From the NCBI GenBank assembly GCA_027339965.1, contig DAHWNL010000039.1, positions 37,073 through 101,072 of the forward strand: a stretch of 64,000 bases of DNA, given 5' to 3'. This DNA comes from Granulicella sp. GTDB taxonomy: Bacteria > Acidobacteriota > Terriglobia > Terriglobales > Acidobacteriaceae. Below the pieces are notes generated by a model. The model was not told where the DNA came from, made no database searches, and was given only the letters and a program-made list of their open reading frames with translations. This document shows positions 12,022 through 22,041 of this stretch, one piece after another. Positions within the stretch are counted from its first letter, which is position 1, and each line of letters starts with the position of its first letter. The translations under genes were made by a program, and so were the position numbers.

Positions 12022-13076
12022 TCAACCGGGCATAGACATAAAATTGATCAGGGTAGTAATATTGGCCTCCACCGGAATCCCTCTGAGAAGAACGGGTTTG
12101 AATCGCAAGGTCTTCACATAGTCCAGGGCGGCCTGCTGGAATATCGTTGGACAGGCGATCACTTCCAGATGACTAACCGTTCCGTCTTTGCCGATGGTCG
12201 CCCATACTGCGACGGTACCGCTAAGGCGCAAACGGTAAGCAGTCGGCGGATAATGCGGTTGGGAGAAAGAATTAGGATTCTGCGATTCCGGGGGTAAAGT
12301 GATGAGAGCCGGCGTCGCCTGCGGCGGAGGATCTGTCTGGCCAGCCTGTGCCGGGGCGGGTTCGTCAATTGCATCCAGACGGATGTCGATTGTCGGCATG
12401 CCGATGCGTTCTATGTGGATCTCTCTCGCCAGATAGCGCCCCTGAAACTTCACAATGGAGTTCAAGGTGACCTGCACGAGCGAGCCGATCTCCATCCGCA
12501 GGTCGCTCATCCCTGCATCAAAGCAGTCCTCTGAGGTCCGCATCCCTCTTGAGGTCAGAACTCCTCTCAGCGTAGGCGTAGCATGGTGAAAAGTCACGCA
12601 ATGCAGGGTCACCTTCCCCTTCCGGAGGAGCCCGGCGGTGAATTGGCCAGCGTCCGCGGCGGGCGGAATCCGGATCGGATGGACGATGACCTCGTCGATG
12701 AAAGCGTCAATCCAAGCGCGTGAGCCGTGAACGTTCAGTTCGAAGCGTCCCCTGGGCGTGCTCCAGTCTGTTTGCTCAAAGTCCGGAGAGTCGTGGATCA
12801 CCTCCCACTGATGAGGACCCGCCCACCACTCCTCCCAAGTACCCTGCTTTTCGGGCTTCCCCTTCGGATCCAGGAGCTGCCAGGAGGCTCGCACGTGCCA
12901 GGAAGTACCGTTCAAGTCATGCAGGCCGTTCTGTTGTTCGGCGAACTGCAGCAACGGGCGCTGGGCATTCGCGATTTGGGCGGCTGGCTGTCGCTGGATG
13001 GTGCCTGCGCGAGAACAGATAAGTGAATGAGCGGAACAGACAGGAACAGCGCGGCCAAGCGGACGGTAAGGCTCAT
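12022..13076 (-). pseudogene. Secreted TonB C-terminal domain protein, frameshifted after the signal peptide
   Basis: The C-terminus PHYPPTAYRLRLSGTVAVWATIGKDGTV...LRFKP is TonB-C. The signal peptide MSLTVRLAALFLSVPLIHLSVLAQ (ATG 13076) lies in a different frame from the body. Confidence 0.75.
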
Positions 13077-13275
13077 GAAGGCACCTGCCTTCAATGGGTC
13101 GAGGTTTCGAGTCGAAGCTCGATTCCGGAGTTTACCTGTGGCTTTGTCTGCGCCCAATTATCCCCAATTTGAAACTATGGGCGATCTCCTCTGCAGTCGG
13201 CTGGTACCGCAAAGATCAGGTACAGTTGACCAGCATGAGCAAGCGTCTTCGAGCGCGGCGACGACTTCAGCGCGC

Positions 13276-14676
13276 CTACTCATGCGTCGAGATACCCAAA
13301 GCCTTCATCTTGCGGTAGAGGTGGGAACGTTCCAGGCCAAGCGACTCTGCGGCGCGGCTGATGTTGCCATGGCAGCGATCCAGCTCTTTCAGGATGTAGT
13401 CGCGCTCATAAGCTTCACGGGCTTGCTGGAGGGTGGAGAACTCCTCGTGCGCCGCGCTCGGGACGCGGGAAGATGCACCTTCCGTACGCTGAACCAGCAT
13501 GGGCAGATGTTTGGTTTCGATGCGCTGGGTCTTGGGGTTGAGAATCAGAACGCGCTCAATGACGTTGCGCAGCTCGCGAACGTTTCCCGGCCAGTGGTAG
13601 TGCTGGAGCACGGTGATCGCGGCCTCGGCAATCTCGACGTGCGTCCGGCCATACTGCTGGCCAAACTCGGAGAGAAACTCGCGCGCGAGTAAAGGAATAT
13701 CCTCCTTGCGATCACGCAGCGGAGGAACGTAAAAAGGGATGACGTTGAGGCGGTAAAAGAGATCTTCGCGGAAGTTGCCGCGGGCGATCTCCTCTTCCAG
13801 ATCCTTGTTGGTGGCCGCGATGACGCGGGTGTCCACGTGGACGGGCAATGAAGCTCCAACGGGATAAAAACGCTGCTCATCGAGGGTGCGCAGAACCTTG
13901 GCCTGGGTCTTGAGGCTCATATCTCCCACCTCGTCCAGAAACAGCGTGCCGCCATCCGCGCGCTCGAAGGTACCCCGCTTGTCGCTGGGTTGGTTCGGGC
14001 CGCCTGGACCGGCGCCGTGACGATAGCCGAAGAGTTCGGTTTCGATGAAGTCTTCCGGAATGGCGGCGCAGTTCAGTTCGACAAAGACGCGGTCACGGCG
14101 CAGCGATTCGGCATGCATGGCGCGGGCGATGAGCTCCTTGCCCGTGCCGGACTCGCCGAAGATCAGCACTCGGCCGTTGGTGGGAGCCATCAGTTTGATC
14201 TGTTGGCGAAGAGCCTTGACGGAGATAGACTCCCCGGTAATGTTGCCTTTGGTAAGCTGGCGGGCAAGCTCCTGATTGTCTTCGCGGAGCCGATGCGCCT
14301 GGATGGCGTTGCGCAGAGCCAGCAGCGTGCGCTCCATCGAGAGCGGCTTCTCCAGGAAGTCGTAGGCGCCGAGCTTGGTGGCGCGAACCGCGGCTTCAAT
14401 GGTGCCGTGGCCGGAGATCATGATGACCTCAGGGGTGCCTGGCCGCGGCGGTGCGTTCTGAGAGATGTCACCGCGAATCGACGAGAGAACATCCAGGCCG
14501 TCACCGTCGGGAAGCCAGATATCGAGAAGAACAGCCTGGAAGTCCGCGTCTCGAATCAGCTCCAGGGCTTCGGCGGCGGTGCCTGCGGTGGTGATGGCGT
14601 AGTTCTCCTCACGCAGAATGGCCTCCAGGGACTCGCGGATGTCGGCTTCGTCGTCAACAATAAGGACGTGATTCAA
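13276..14676 (-). CDS. ntrX: NtrX-type response regulator (REC, AAA+, HTH)
   Basis: VLIVDDE, LLDIWLP, GESGTGKE, GTLFLDEVGDM, WPGNVRELRN and a C-terminal Fis-type HTH; coupled to the upstream kinase. Confidence 0.9.
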   Translation of the reverse strand: MNHVLIVDDEADIRESLEAILREENYAITTAGTAAEALELIRDADFQAVLLDIWLPDGDGLDVLSSIRGDISQNAPPRPGTPEVIMISGHGTIEAAVRATKLGAYDFLEKPLSMERTLLALRNAIQAHRLREDNQELARQLTKGNITGESISVKALRQQIKLMAPTNGRVLIFGESGTGKELIARAMHAESLRRDRVFVELNCAAIPEDFIETELFGYRHGAGPGGPNQPSDKRGTFERADGGTLFLDEVGDMSLKTQAKVLRTLDEQRFYPVGASLPVHVDTRVIAATNKDLEEEIARGNFREDLFYRLNVIPFYVPPLRDRKEDIPLLAREFLSEFGQQYGRTHVEIAEAAITVLQHYHWPGNVRELRNVIERVLILNPKTQRIETKHLPMLVQRTEGASSRVPSAAHEEFSTLQQAREAYERDYILKELDRCHGNISRAAESLGLERSHLYRKMKALGISTHE

Positions 14677-17102
14677 GCAGAGATTCCCTCCGTCTGATGC
14701 GGGATCTCCGGCGTCGACGGGGCGCTGGGAATCTCGGATACGTCAGTGGCAGTGCGCAGTTCCATGATGAAGCGCGCGCCGGTTGGGAGGTTCTTTTCCG
14801 CTCGGATGGAGCCATGGTGCTCCTGCACGATCTTGGCGGCGATGGAGAGCCCAAGGCCGGTTCCGCGCTGCTTGGTGGAGAAGTACGGGAGGAAAAGGCT
14901 CTCGCGCATCTCGTCGGTGAGGCCTGGACCAGTGTCCGCGATGGCCAACTCGACCATGCCCGAAGGAAGGGTGCGGGTAGATACGTGCATTTCTCGGAGC
15001 AGGCTATCTTGCATCGCTTCCGCAGCGTTATCGATGAGGTTGGAGAGAGCGCGCTTGAGGGCCTCCGGGTCAGCCAGCACCAGAGGAAGTCCGGGCTGCA
15101 GATCGCGGTACACGCGAATGTTCCCCAGCCGGCCGGCAAAGAGCGCCAGCGAGTTCTCCACAATGGCGTTGAGGCTAAACGGCCGGGGACGCGAGCTGGG
15201 AAACTCGGCAAGCGCGGAGAACTGATCCACGAGCGAGCGCATCGTCTCCACGGAGGCCGTGATGATCTCACTGGAGTGCTGGATCACTGCCGGAGAAGGT
15301 GAGTCCAGATGGTGTTGCGTGAGCATCGTGCTGATTCTGAGGATGTGGCGGCGAATCAGCTCGGCGTTCAGAGAGATGGGAGTCAGGGGGTTCTTGATCT
15401 CGTGCGCGACCCGGCGAGCGACCTCCTTCCAGGCGCTTTGCTTTTGGGCGCGGAGCAGTTCAGTGGCATCTTCCAGCACCAGTACATAGCCAAGATGCTC
15501 GCGGATGGGCCGCTCCGTACCTAACGGTCCAGACGCGCCCGGAGCAAATTGGCCCGAAGTTCCGCCGGACTGGCCTTCAAGAAGAGCTACGGTCGCAGCC
15601 AGATGGAGAACGCCACTGCTGGACTGCATCTGCATCTCCGAGGATGCGGAGCCCATACGGTGGGCACGGCGAAGGAGATGGTCAAGGTTATGGACGATGT
15701 CTTCCGGGAGAGCCGCGGAAAGCGGCAGACCGACGAACTGGCGCTGGCCGCCTGGGTCCAGCATCTCGGAGAAGGCTCGGTTCGCCAGCAGAATCCGGCG
15801 ATCCGCCGAAAGAGTGATGACACCGGAGGGGATGGTCTCAATCATCGTCTCCAGCTCGTTACGGCGGGCCTGAAGGGCTTGATTCAGGGCAGAGAGCTGC
15901 TCGCTGGAGCGAGCAGCGGCGGTGTGGGCGCTCTCCAGATCCGCAGCCATGGCGTTGAAGCGTTCCACCAACTCTCCGAGTTCCTCGGTGACCGACTGGC
16001 CGACCCGGTGAGCGTAATCGCCGGCGGCGATAGCCTCCATGGCGTCAGCCAGGGATTCAACGGGCCGAGTGACCTGTTTGCTCAGGTTCAGCGCCAGCCA
16101 GCAGCCGGCAAAGAGCGCCAGCGCGGTGGTGAGCAGAAGAAAGCCCATGTAGAGGCTGCGGATCTCACGTCGCTCCCGATAGAGCATCCAATAGGCGGCC
16201 GCAGAGCGGCTAAGGCGCTCTGAGACGGCCGAGATCCCGGCAGGGATGGGAAGAGCGGCTACCACCAGACCGCCGTGAGGGAGCGCGGCTGTGGCCAGGG
16301 TGTATTCGCTGCCTGAAAGAGTGTAGAAGGGCTCATCCGTGCGTTGCGCGGCCTGCAGAATGGCCTTCAGCGTAGGACCTTGCAACCGGGAACTGGAGCC
16401 GGATTTGGACTCGGAGCCGTCATCCGCAGCGGATTCGGCCGGCTGAATGGGCCGCAGCACGGCTTGCCCGGAAGGATTGCTCGGAACATCCAGCGAGGAA
16501 ACCGGCTCTCCATTCCTGTACAAAGCCACAAAGCCGCCCTGAAGCGTCACCTCGTGGCGCCGCAAGATCTGCTGAATCTGCGCCAGGGACGCGGGCGAGA
16601 ACTGTGGGCTATTCTCGCTGAGGTTGGTGAGTTCGACCGCGATGGAGTCGGCCTCCGAGCGGGCGTTAGCATCCACGTACTGATAGAGATCGAGAGCCAT
16701 CCGATCAGCGTCCTGGCGCATCTGGGTAACAGGCTGGGAAAACCAGCGATCCACGGCTCGGTTCATCAGCAGATAGCTGAAGAGAAACATGAAGACCAAG
16801 GGGACCACCGAGACCAGAAACGCTCCCCAAAGCATCCGCGTGCGCAGGCGCGTGCCCAGGACCTGGCTGCGTTGATCGGCGTAGAGCTTGAGGACGTTGC
16901 GGACCAGCAGCACCAGCACGCCGATAAAGAGCAGAAAGGCCAGTACCGAGAGACTGACAAAGACTTCTGTCTGAAGCAGCGAGCTGGGATTGAGGAAGTT
17001 GAGGTTAAAGGCATTGAGAGCAGCCAAGGCCAGGAAGAGCACAAGCAGGCTAGCGCCAAGCACGATGACCAGCACGCGACGCCGATTGGCTGCAACTCCC
17101 AT
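14673..17102 (-). CDS. ntrY: NtrY-type sensor histidine kinase (TM, HAMP, PAS, HisKA, HATPase)
   Basis: AWKEVARRVAHEIKNPLTPI, NLIDNA, DTGPG, YFSTKQRGTGLGL; three N-terminal TM helices starting MGVAANRRR. Confidence 0.9.
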   Translation of the reverse strand: MGVAANRRRVLVIVLGASLLVLFLALAALNAFNLNFLNPSSLLQTEVFVSLSVLAFLLFIGVLVLLVRNVLKLYADQRSQVLGTRLRTRMLWGAFLVSVVPLVFMFLFSYLLMNRAVDRWFSQPVTQMRQDADRMALDLYQYVDANARSEADSIAVELTNLSENSPQFSPASLAQIQQILRRHEVTLQGGFVALYRNGEPVSSLDVPSNPSGQAVLRPIQPAESAADDGSESKSGSSSRLQGPTLKAILQAAQRTDEPFYTLSGSEYTLATAALPHGGLVVAALPIPAGISAVSERLSRSAAAYWMLYRERREIRSLYMGFLLLTTALALFAGCWLALNLSKQVTRPVESLADAMEAIAAGDYAHRVGQSVTEELGELVERFNAMAADLESAHTAAARSSEQLSALNQALQARRNELETMIETIPSGVITLSADRRILLANRAFSEMLDPGGQRQFVGLPLSAALPEDIVHNLDHLLRRAHRMGSASSEMQMQSSSGVLHLAATVALLEGQSGGTSGQFAPGASGPLGTERPIREHLGYVLVLEDATELLRAQKQSAWKEVARRVAHEIKNPLTPISLNAELIRRHILRISTMLTQHHLDSPSPAVIQHSSEIITASVETMRSLVDQFSALAEFPSSRPRPFSLNAIVENSLALFAGRLGNIRVYRDLQPGLPLVLADPEALKRALSNLIDNAAEAMQDSLLREMHVSTRTLPSGMVELAIADTGPGLTDEMRESLFLPYFSTKQRGTGLGLSIAAKIVQEHHGSIRAEKNLPTGARFIMELRTATDVSEIPSAPSTPEIPHQTEGISA

Positions 17103-17259
17103 GCGAGCAAGTTTACTCGCTTTCCGGCAGAGGATTTGGCCGGGAGCGGGGTAGACGCCGGCAGCGAGCGGGCGAAGCAATCCTCCGAAGCCGCGAGCGG
17201 ACTGCCCTTCCGGTTGCCAGGTTTGCATCCGCAACTCGTATGATGACATTCGAACCCCT

Positions 17260-18063
17260 ATGCCCGCGCCACAATCCCTCGCCTCCCAAACGATCTTGGC
17301 AAACGCTGCAGCGCTTCGCGTGGAGAACCTCCGCAAACAATATGGGCGTCTGGAAGCGGTCAAAGGAGTCTCCTTTCAGGTCTTCCCCGGTGAGATTGTG
17401 GGGCTGCTGGGAGTCAACGGGGCCGGCAAAACCACGACCATCAGCATGTTGCTGGGAGTGCTGGAGCCCACCGCCGGTTCCATCGAAGTGGGTTCCGTGA
17501 ATCTATTGCGCCACCGTTCGCAGGCCCTTGCCGGAAGCAACTTTGCCGCGGTGTACGCTCCGCTCCCAGGAAACCTTACCGTTTACCAGAATCTGCGTGT
17601 GTTTGCGCTTCTCTATGGCGTTCCGGACTTCCCCGCGCGCCTGCAGGCAGTGCTGGACGCCTTTGACCTGCATCGATTTCGAGACGCTAAATGCGGAGTG
17701 CTCTCCTCCGGCGAGCAGACGCGAGTGGGCCTGGCCAAAGCCCTACTGAGCCGTCCCCGAGTGCTGCTTCTCGACGAACCCACCGCCTCGATCGATCCGG
17801 CCAGCGCGCGGGCGATTCGCACCACAATCCGCCATTTCGCCGCCCAGGCGCAGACCGGCGTCCTCTGGACATCCCACAATATGTATGAGGTGGAGGAGGT
17901 CTGCACGCGGGTTTTGTTCCTCTCGCGGGGAGAGATCGTTCTGGAGGGCGATCCTCGCAAGCTTCCCCGGGAGCACGGCAAGTCCAGCCTGGAAGATCTC
18001 TTCATCCATGTCACCCGCCAAGCCACGGACGGAGAGCAGAGACTGGAGGCAAGATCGTCATGA
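17260..18063 (+). CDS. ABC transporter ATP-binding protein
   Basis: GVNGAGKTT, LSSGE, LLLDEPT. Confidence 0.95.
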   Translation: MPAPQSLASQTILANAAALRVENLRKQYGRLEAVKGVSFQVFPGEIVGLLGVNGAGKTTTISMLLGVLEPTAGSIEVGSVNLLRHRSQALAGSNFAAVYAPLPGNLTVYQNLRVFALLYGVPDFPARLQAVLDAFDLHRFRDAKCGVLSSGEQTRVGLAKALLSRPRVLLLDEPTASIDPASARAIRTTIRHFAAQAQTGVLWTSHNMYEVEEVCTRVLFLSRGEIVLEGDPRKLPREHGKSSLEDLFIHVTRQATDGEQRLEARSS

Positions 18064-18863
18064 ATCCTGCCCGCATCGCCGCCATCCTGCTGCGCCAACT
18101 CTACCTTTATCGGGGCAGCCCTGCCCGCGTGGTTCCGCTCTTTGCCTGGGTGACCGTCGATATGGTCCTTTGGGGTTTCATGACCAGATTCCTCGGCTCG
18201 CTGGCCCACACCGCGTATCGCTTTGTTCCCGCCCTTCTGGGAGCCGTCCTCTTTTGGGACTTCATGACCCGGGTGATGCAGGGCGTGACCACCGGGTTCT
18301 TTGAAGATGTCTGGTCGCGCAACTTCCTCAACATCTTCTCCACCCCGATCACCGTGTTGGAGTATATTGCGGGCCTTTTGCTCTCCAGCCTGGTCACCAG
18401 CCTGGTGGGGCTTGGGGCCATGATCGCCGTGGCCGGCGTCGCCTTTGGGTTGAGCTTCGCCGCTTATGGCATGACCGCTCTCCCCTTTGTCCTCGTCCTG
18501 CTGCTCAGCGGCATGGCCATGGGGGTGACCGCCATTGCCATCGTCCTTCGCTTCGGACCCGCAGCGGAGTGGTTCATTTGGCCGATCCCGGCGCTGCTCT
18601 CCCCTTTCGCCTGCGTCTATTACCCGCTCTCTACCCTCCCGGCCCATCTGCAGGGATTGGCTCGACTCTTGCCCCCGACCTACGTCTTTGAAGGTCTGCG
18701 AGCGATGGTGGCAGGCCATGGATTCCAGGCATCTCTCCTGGTCACCGCCCTTCTCCTTGCCTTCGCCTATATCCTTCTGGCCTATGCGATCTTCGCGAGA
18801 GTCTTCCGCCATGCTCTCCAAAGCGGGCTGATCATCCGGTACAGCGCCGAAACCGTCTCGTAG
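18060..18863 (+). CDS. ABC-2 type transporter permease
   Basis: Six hydrophobic segments, YYPLSTLP..LQ.LARLLPPTY; overlaps the ATPase stop. Confidence 0.92.
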   Translation: MNPARIAAILLRQLYLYRGSPARVVPLFAWVTVDMVLWGFMTRFLGSLAHTAYRFVPALLGAVLFWDFMTRVMQGVTTGFFEDVWSRNFLNIFSTPITVLEYIAGLLLSSLVTSLVGLGAMIAVAGVAFGLSFAAYGMTALPFVLVLLLSGMAMGVTAIAIVLRFGPAAEWFIWPIPALLSPFACVYYPLSTLPAHLQGLARLLPPTYVFEGLRAMVAGHGFQASLLVTALLLAFAYILLAYAIFARVFRHALQSGLIIRYSAETVS

Positions 18864-18920
18864 AGCCGGATAGGCTCCACCTCGAAAACCACAACGGCAT
18901 GGGAGCTTCGCTCGACCCGA

Positions 18921-20036
18921 TCACGCGAGCAGGTCACACACAGGTGTGAACTCACGGCCCTGGGCCAGTGCGACAGCTCTGTAGGTAAGCGAGCCCTGGA
19001 AGGTGTTGACTCCTTCGGCGATACCCGCATCTTCTCGTATGGCGGCGTTGGCCCCGCGTTGGGCGAGCTTCAGGACATAAGGGAAGGTGGCGTTGGTCAG
19101 GGCCAGGGTACTGGTGTTGGGAACCGCCGCGGGCATGTTGGTCACGCAGTAATGGACGACGCCCTCCAGCAGGAAACTCGGCTCGGAGTGAGTAGTGGGG
19201 TGCGCCGTCTCGATGCAGCCCCCCTGGTCGATGGCGACATCGACAATGACCGCTCCCTTGCGCATCTTCGCCACCATAGATCGGGTGACAATCTTGGGAG
19301 CGGCGGCACCCGGAATCAGGACGCCGCCAATGACCAGATCGGCTTCGGCCACGGCGCGCTCCACATTGTAGGCATTGGAGTAAAGAGTTTTGAGACGGCC
19401 GGAGAAGATGTCATCCAGTTCGCGCAGGCGGTTCAGATTCAGCTCGACCAAGGTCACGCTCGCTCCCATGCCCAGGGCTACTTTGGCTGCATTTGTGCCC
19501 ACGATGCCGCCGCCAATGATGCAAACCTTGCCCGGAGGAACGCCCGGAACGCCGCCCAGAAGGACTCCCCTCCCGCCGTGCTCCTTTTCCAAATAGGCAG
19601 CGCCCACCTGCACCGAGAGACGTCCGGCCACCTCAGACATTGGAGTGAGCAGAGGAAGACCGCCCGAGCCGTCGCGGACGGTCTCATAGGCAATTCCAAT
19701 CACCTTCCTTTCCAGCAGGGCGGCGGTGAGCTCGCGTACCGGGGCCAGATGCAGATAGGTAAATAGAACAAGCCCGGGACGGAAGTAGGCATACTCCTTT
19801 TCGACCGGCTCCTTGACCTTGACCACCATGTCCGAGGTCGCCCAGACGGCGGCGGCATCGGGAACGATAACCGCACCAACCGCCAGATAGTCCGCGTCTG
19901 GAAAGGACGAGAGGGCGCCGGCATCGTGCTCGACCAGAACTTTATGGCCGGCATCCACAATCGCTTTGGCTCCTGCCGGGGTAATGCCCACCCGGCTCTC
20001 GTGGTCTTTGACTTCCTTGGGAACACCGATGATCAT
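18921..20036 (-). CDS. ald: Alanine dehydrogenase
   Basis: [42 protein letters not shown]. Confidence 0.97.
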   Translation of the reverse strand: MIIGVPKEVKDHESRVGITPAGAKAIVDAGHKVLVEHDAGALSSFPDADYLAVGAVIVPDAAAVWATSDMVVKVKEPVEKEYAYFRPGLVLFTYLHLAPVRELTAALLERKVIGIAYETVRDGSGGLPLLTPMSEVAGRLSVQVGAAYLEKEHGGRGVLLGGVPGVPPGKVCIIGGGIVGTNAAKVALGMGASVTLVELNLNRLRELDDIFSGRLKTLYSNAYNVERAVAEADLVIGGVLIPGAAAPKIVTRSMVAKMRKGAVIVDVAIDQGGCIETAHPTTHSEPSFLLEGVVHYCVTNMPAAVPNTSTLALTNATFPYVLKLAQRGANAAIREDAGIAEGVNTFQGSLTYRAVALAQGREFTPVCDLLA

Positions 20037-20220
20037 CCTAGATTCTCCTGAAAGGGGTGATGCTTGTCGATCTTCTAGACTCTCTCATGTTTCGTCTGGA
20101 AAACGTCTTGAGTATAGCTGCCTTCAGCACCTGCCGGGAAAGAGCCCTCGCAGGCCGTACAATGAAAGGGCCGGGTTAGATACAACCTTTGCTCTTGACT
20201 CTAGGAAGCTGATCGGTCTC

Positions 20221-21285
20221 ATGTCCTCGAAAAACTTTCAGATGCGGACCTCACGTGTAAGCAATATGCGGTCCATCTTTTCGCTGTTCTCCAGTGATCT
20301 TGCGATTGATCTTGGAACGGCAAACACGCTCGTGTTTGCTCATGGCAAAGGAATTATCGTCAATGAACCGTCCATCATCGCGGTCAACCGCGTGACCGGC
20401 GAGGTGGAAGCCGTGGGCAAGGAGGCCAAGGAGATGCTTGGCCGAACACCCGGCAATATCATTGCCATCAAGCCCATGAAGGACGGCGTGATCGCGGACT
20501 TCAAGCAGACCGAAAAGATGCTGAACTACTTTATTCAGAAGGCGCATAACCGCAAGATGATGGTTCACCCGCGGATCGTCATCGGCGTGCCCAGCGAGAT
20601 CACGCAGGTGGAGAAGCGGGCGGTGATGGATTCGGCCTATCGCGCCAAAGCCAGCGAGGTGCATCTGGTGGAGCAGGCGATGGTGGCGGCGATCGGTGCC
20701 GGGTTGCCGATTACCGAGCCCGGCGGCAATATGGTTGTCGATATCGGAGGTGGAACAACGGATATTGCGGTGATTTCGCTGGCCGGGATCGTGTACTCGC
20801 GATCGGTTCGGATGGCCGGCAACCAGATGGACGAGGCCGTAATGACCTACCTGAAGCGCAAGTACAACCTTCTGGTGGGGGAGCGCACCGCGGAACAGAT
20901 CAAGATCGATATTGGCTCTGCCTACCCGCTGGACAAACCGCTATCCATGGAAATTAAGGGGCGCAACCTGATTGAAGGCGTGCCCAAGACAATCACCATT
21001 GACGATACGGAGATCCGCGAGGCCCTGGGCGAAAGTATTGCCACCATCCTGAATGCGATTCGCGTGGCGCTGGAGCGTACCCCGCCGGAGTTGTCCGCGG
21101 ATATCTCCGACCGGGGTATCGTGCTTACCGGCGGAGGAGCCTTGATCAAAAATCTGGACAAACGCATTCGCGAGGAGACCGGACTTCCTGTAACCATTGC
21201 GGATGATCCGCTGGCCAGCGTGGTGCTGGGAACCGGAAAGATGCTCTCCGACTTCAGGCTGCTGCGCAAAATCTCGATCGATTGA
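20221..21285 (+). CDS. mreB: Rod shape-determining protein MreB
   Basis: DLAIDLGTANT, VVDIGGGTTD, ALERTPPELSADI, GIVLTGGGAL. The start may instead be 20266. Confidence 0.97.
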   Translation: MSSKNFQMRTSRVSNMRSIFSLFSSDLAIDLGTANTLVFAHGKGIIVNEPSIIAVNRVTGEVEAVGKEAKEMLGRTPGNIIAIKPMKDGVIADFKQTEKMLNYFIQKAHNRKMMVHPRIVIGVPSEITQVEKRAVMDSAYRAKASEVHLVEQAMVAAIGAGLPITEPGGNMVVDIGGGTTDIAVISLAGIVYSRSVRMAGNQMDEAVMTYLKRKYNLLVGERTAEQIKIDIGSAYPLDKPLSMEIKGRNLIEGVPKTITIDDTEIREALGESIATILNAIRVALERTPPELSADISDRGIVLTGGGALIKNLDKRIREETGLPVTIADDPLASVVLGTGKMLSDFRLLRKISID

Positions 21286-22041
21286 CGGCGCGATCGCGTT
21301 CCGTGCCCGATCGCGACGCCGTGCCGAAGGATTGCAAAGAGCGCCGCGGACAAGCCTGCACCCGCAACCAAGTGACGGCTACAGGCAAGGCTGGAACTGC
21401 CCGAGGGTGAGCGCAAGCCTGGGGCGAAGTGTCCTGAACGGATCCATCGGAGAAGACCATCCGCTGCGGGAGCACGGACTTCCGGTTCGGATGGAGTTCT
21501 CTACCCTGCGATCAGCGCGGCGACAGGAAGCCAGCACGGATAGCCCGCTTGAAAATGCCGGCAGAACCTTGTTGAAGAACAAAGTTTCGGGCAAAAAACT
21601 ATTCCAATCCGTTACCTAGCTGCGCTTGACTGTGTAACAGCGTCAGACGCTCCACCATCGGCTGCGGCCCGTCTGCTGCTCCAGTGTGTCTTCGACAAAC
21701 TCTCAGGCGCCTTGCAGCTGTGTCGGAACGATCCACCGCGCATCGGCGGCTCACCCTCCTTCCATCGGATTGGTGGCGAAGGCTTGTCTCCTCTTCGCTT
21801 GGCTGGGGCGATTCTTTAGAATTTAGCGATCTTAGGACCGACGCAAAATATTTTTCCCTTCTCTGTAACGATTGGGGCCATGGATGTCTTTCTTATAGTG
21901 TCAGCAGCATCACCCGGGATCTCCGAGATCACCGCTGAACTGAGGATCGTGGACTTCGATTGAGGTGAGAGTTACCGCTGCGGTATCCTCTTGACCGTCA
22001 TCGATTTCAAAAGAAATGCTGCAAGCAGAGGGCCGGAGGGT

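Noticed and set aside
17103..17363. N-terminal extension of the 896 aa kinase ORF
   Set aside because: It overlaps the divergent ABC ATPase gene; the membrane domain starts at ATG 17102.
19966..20220. N-terminal extension of mreB
   Set aside because: It overlaps the ald start and lacks MreB similarity.
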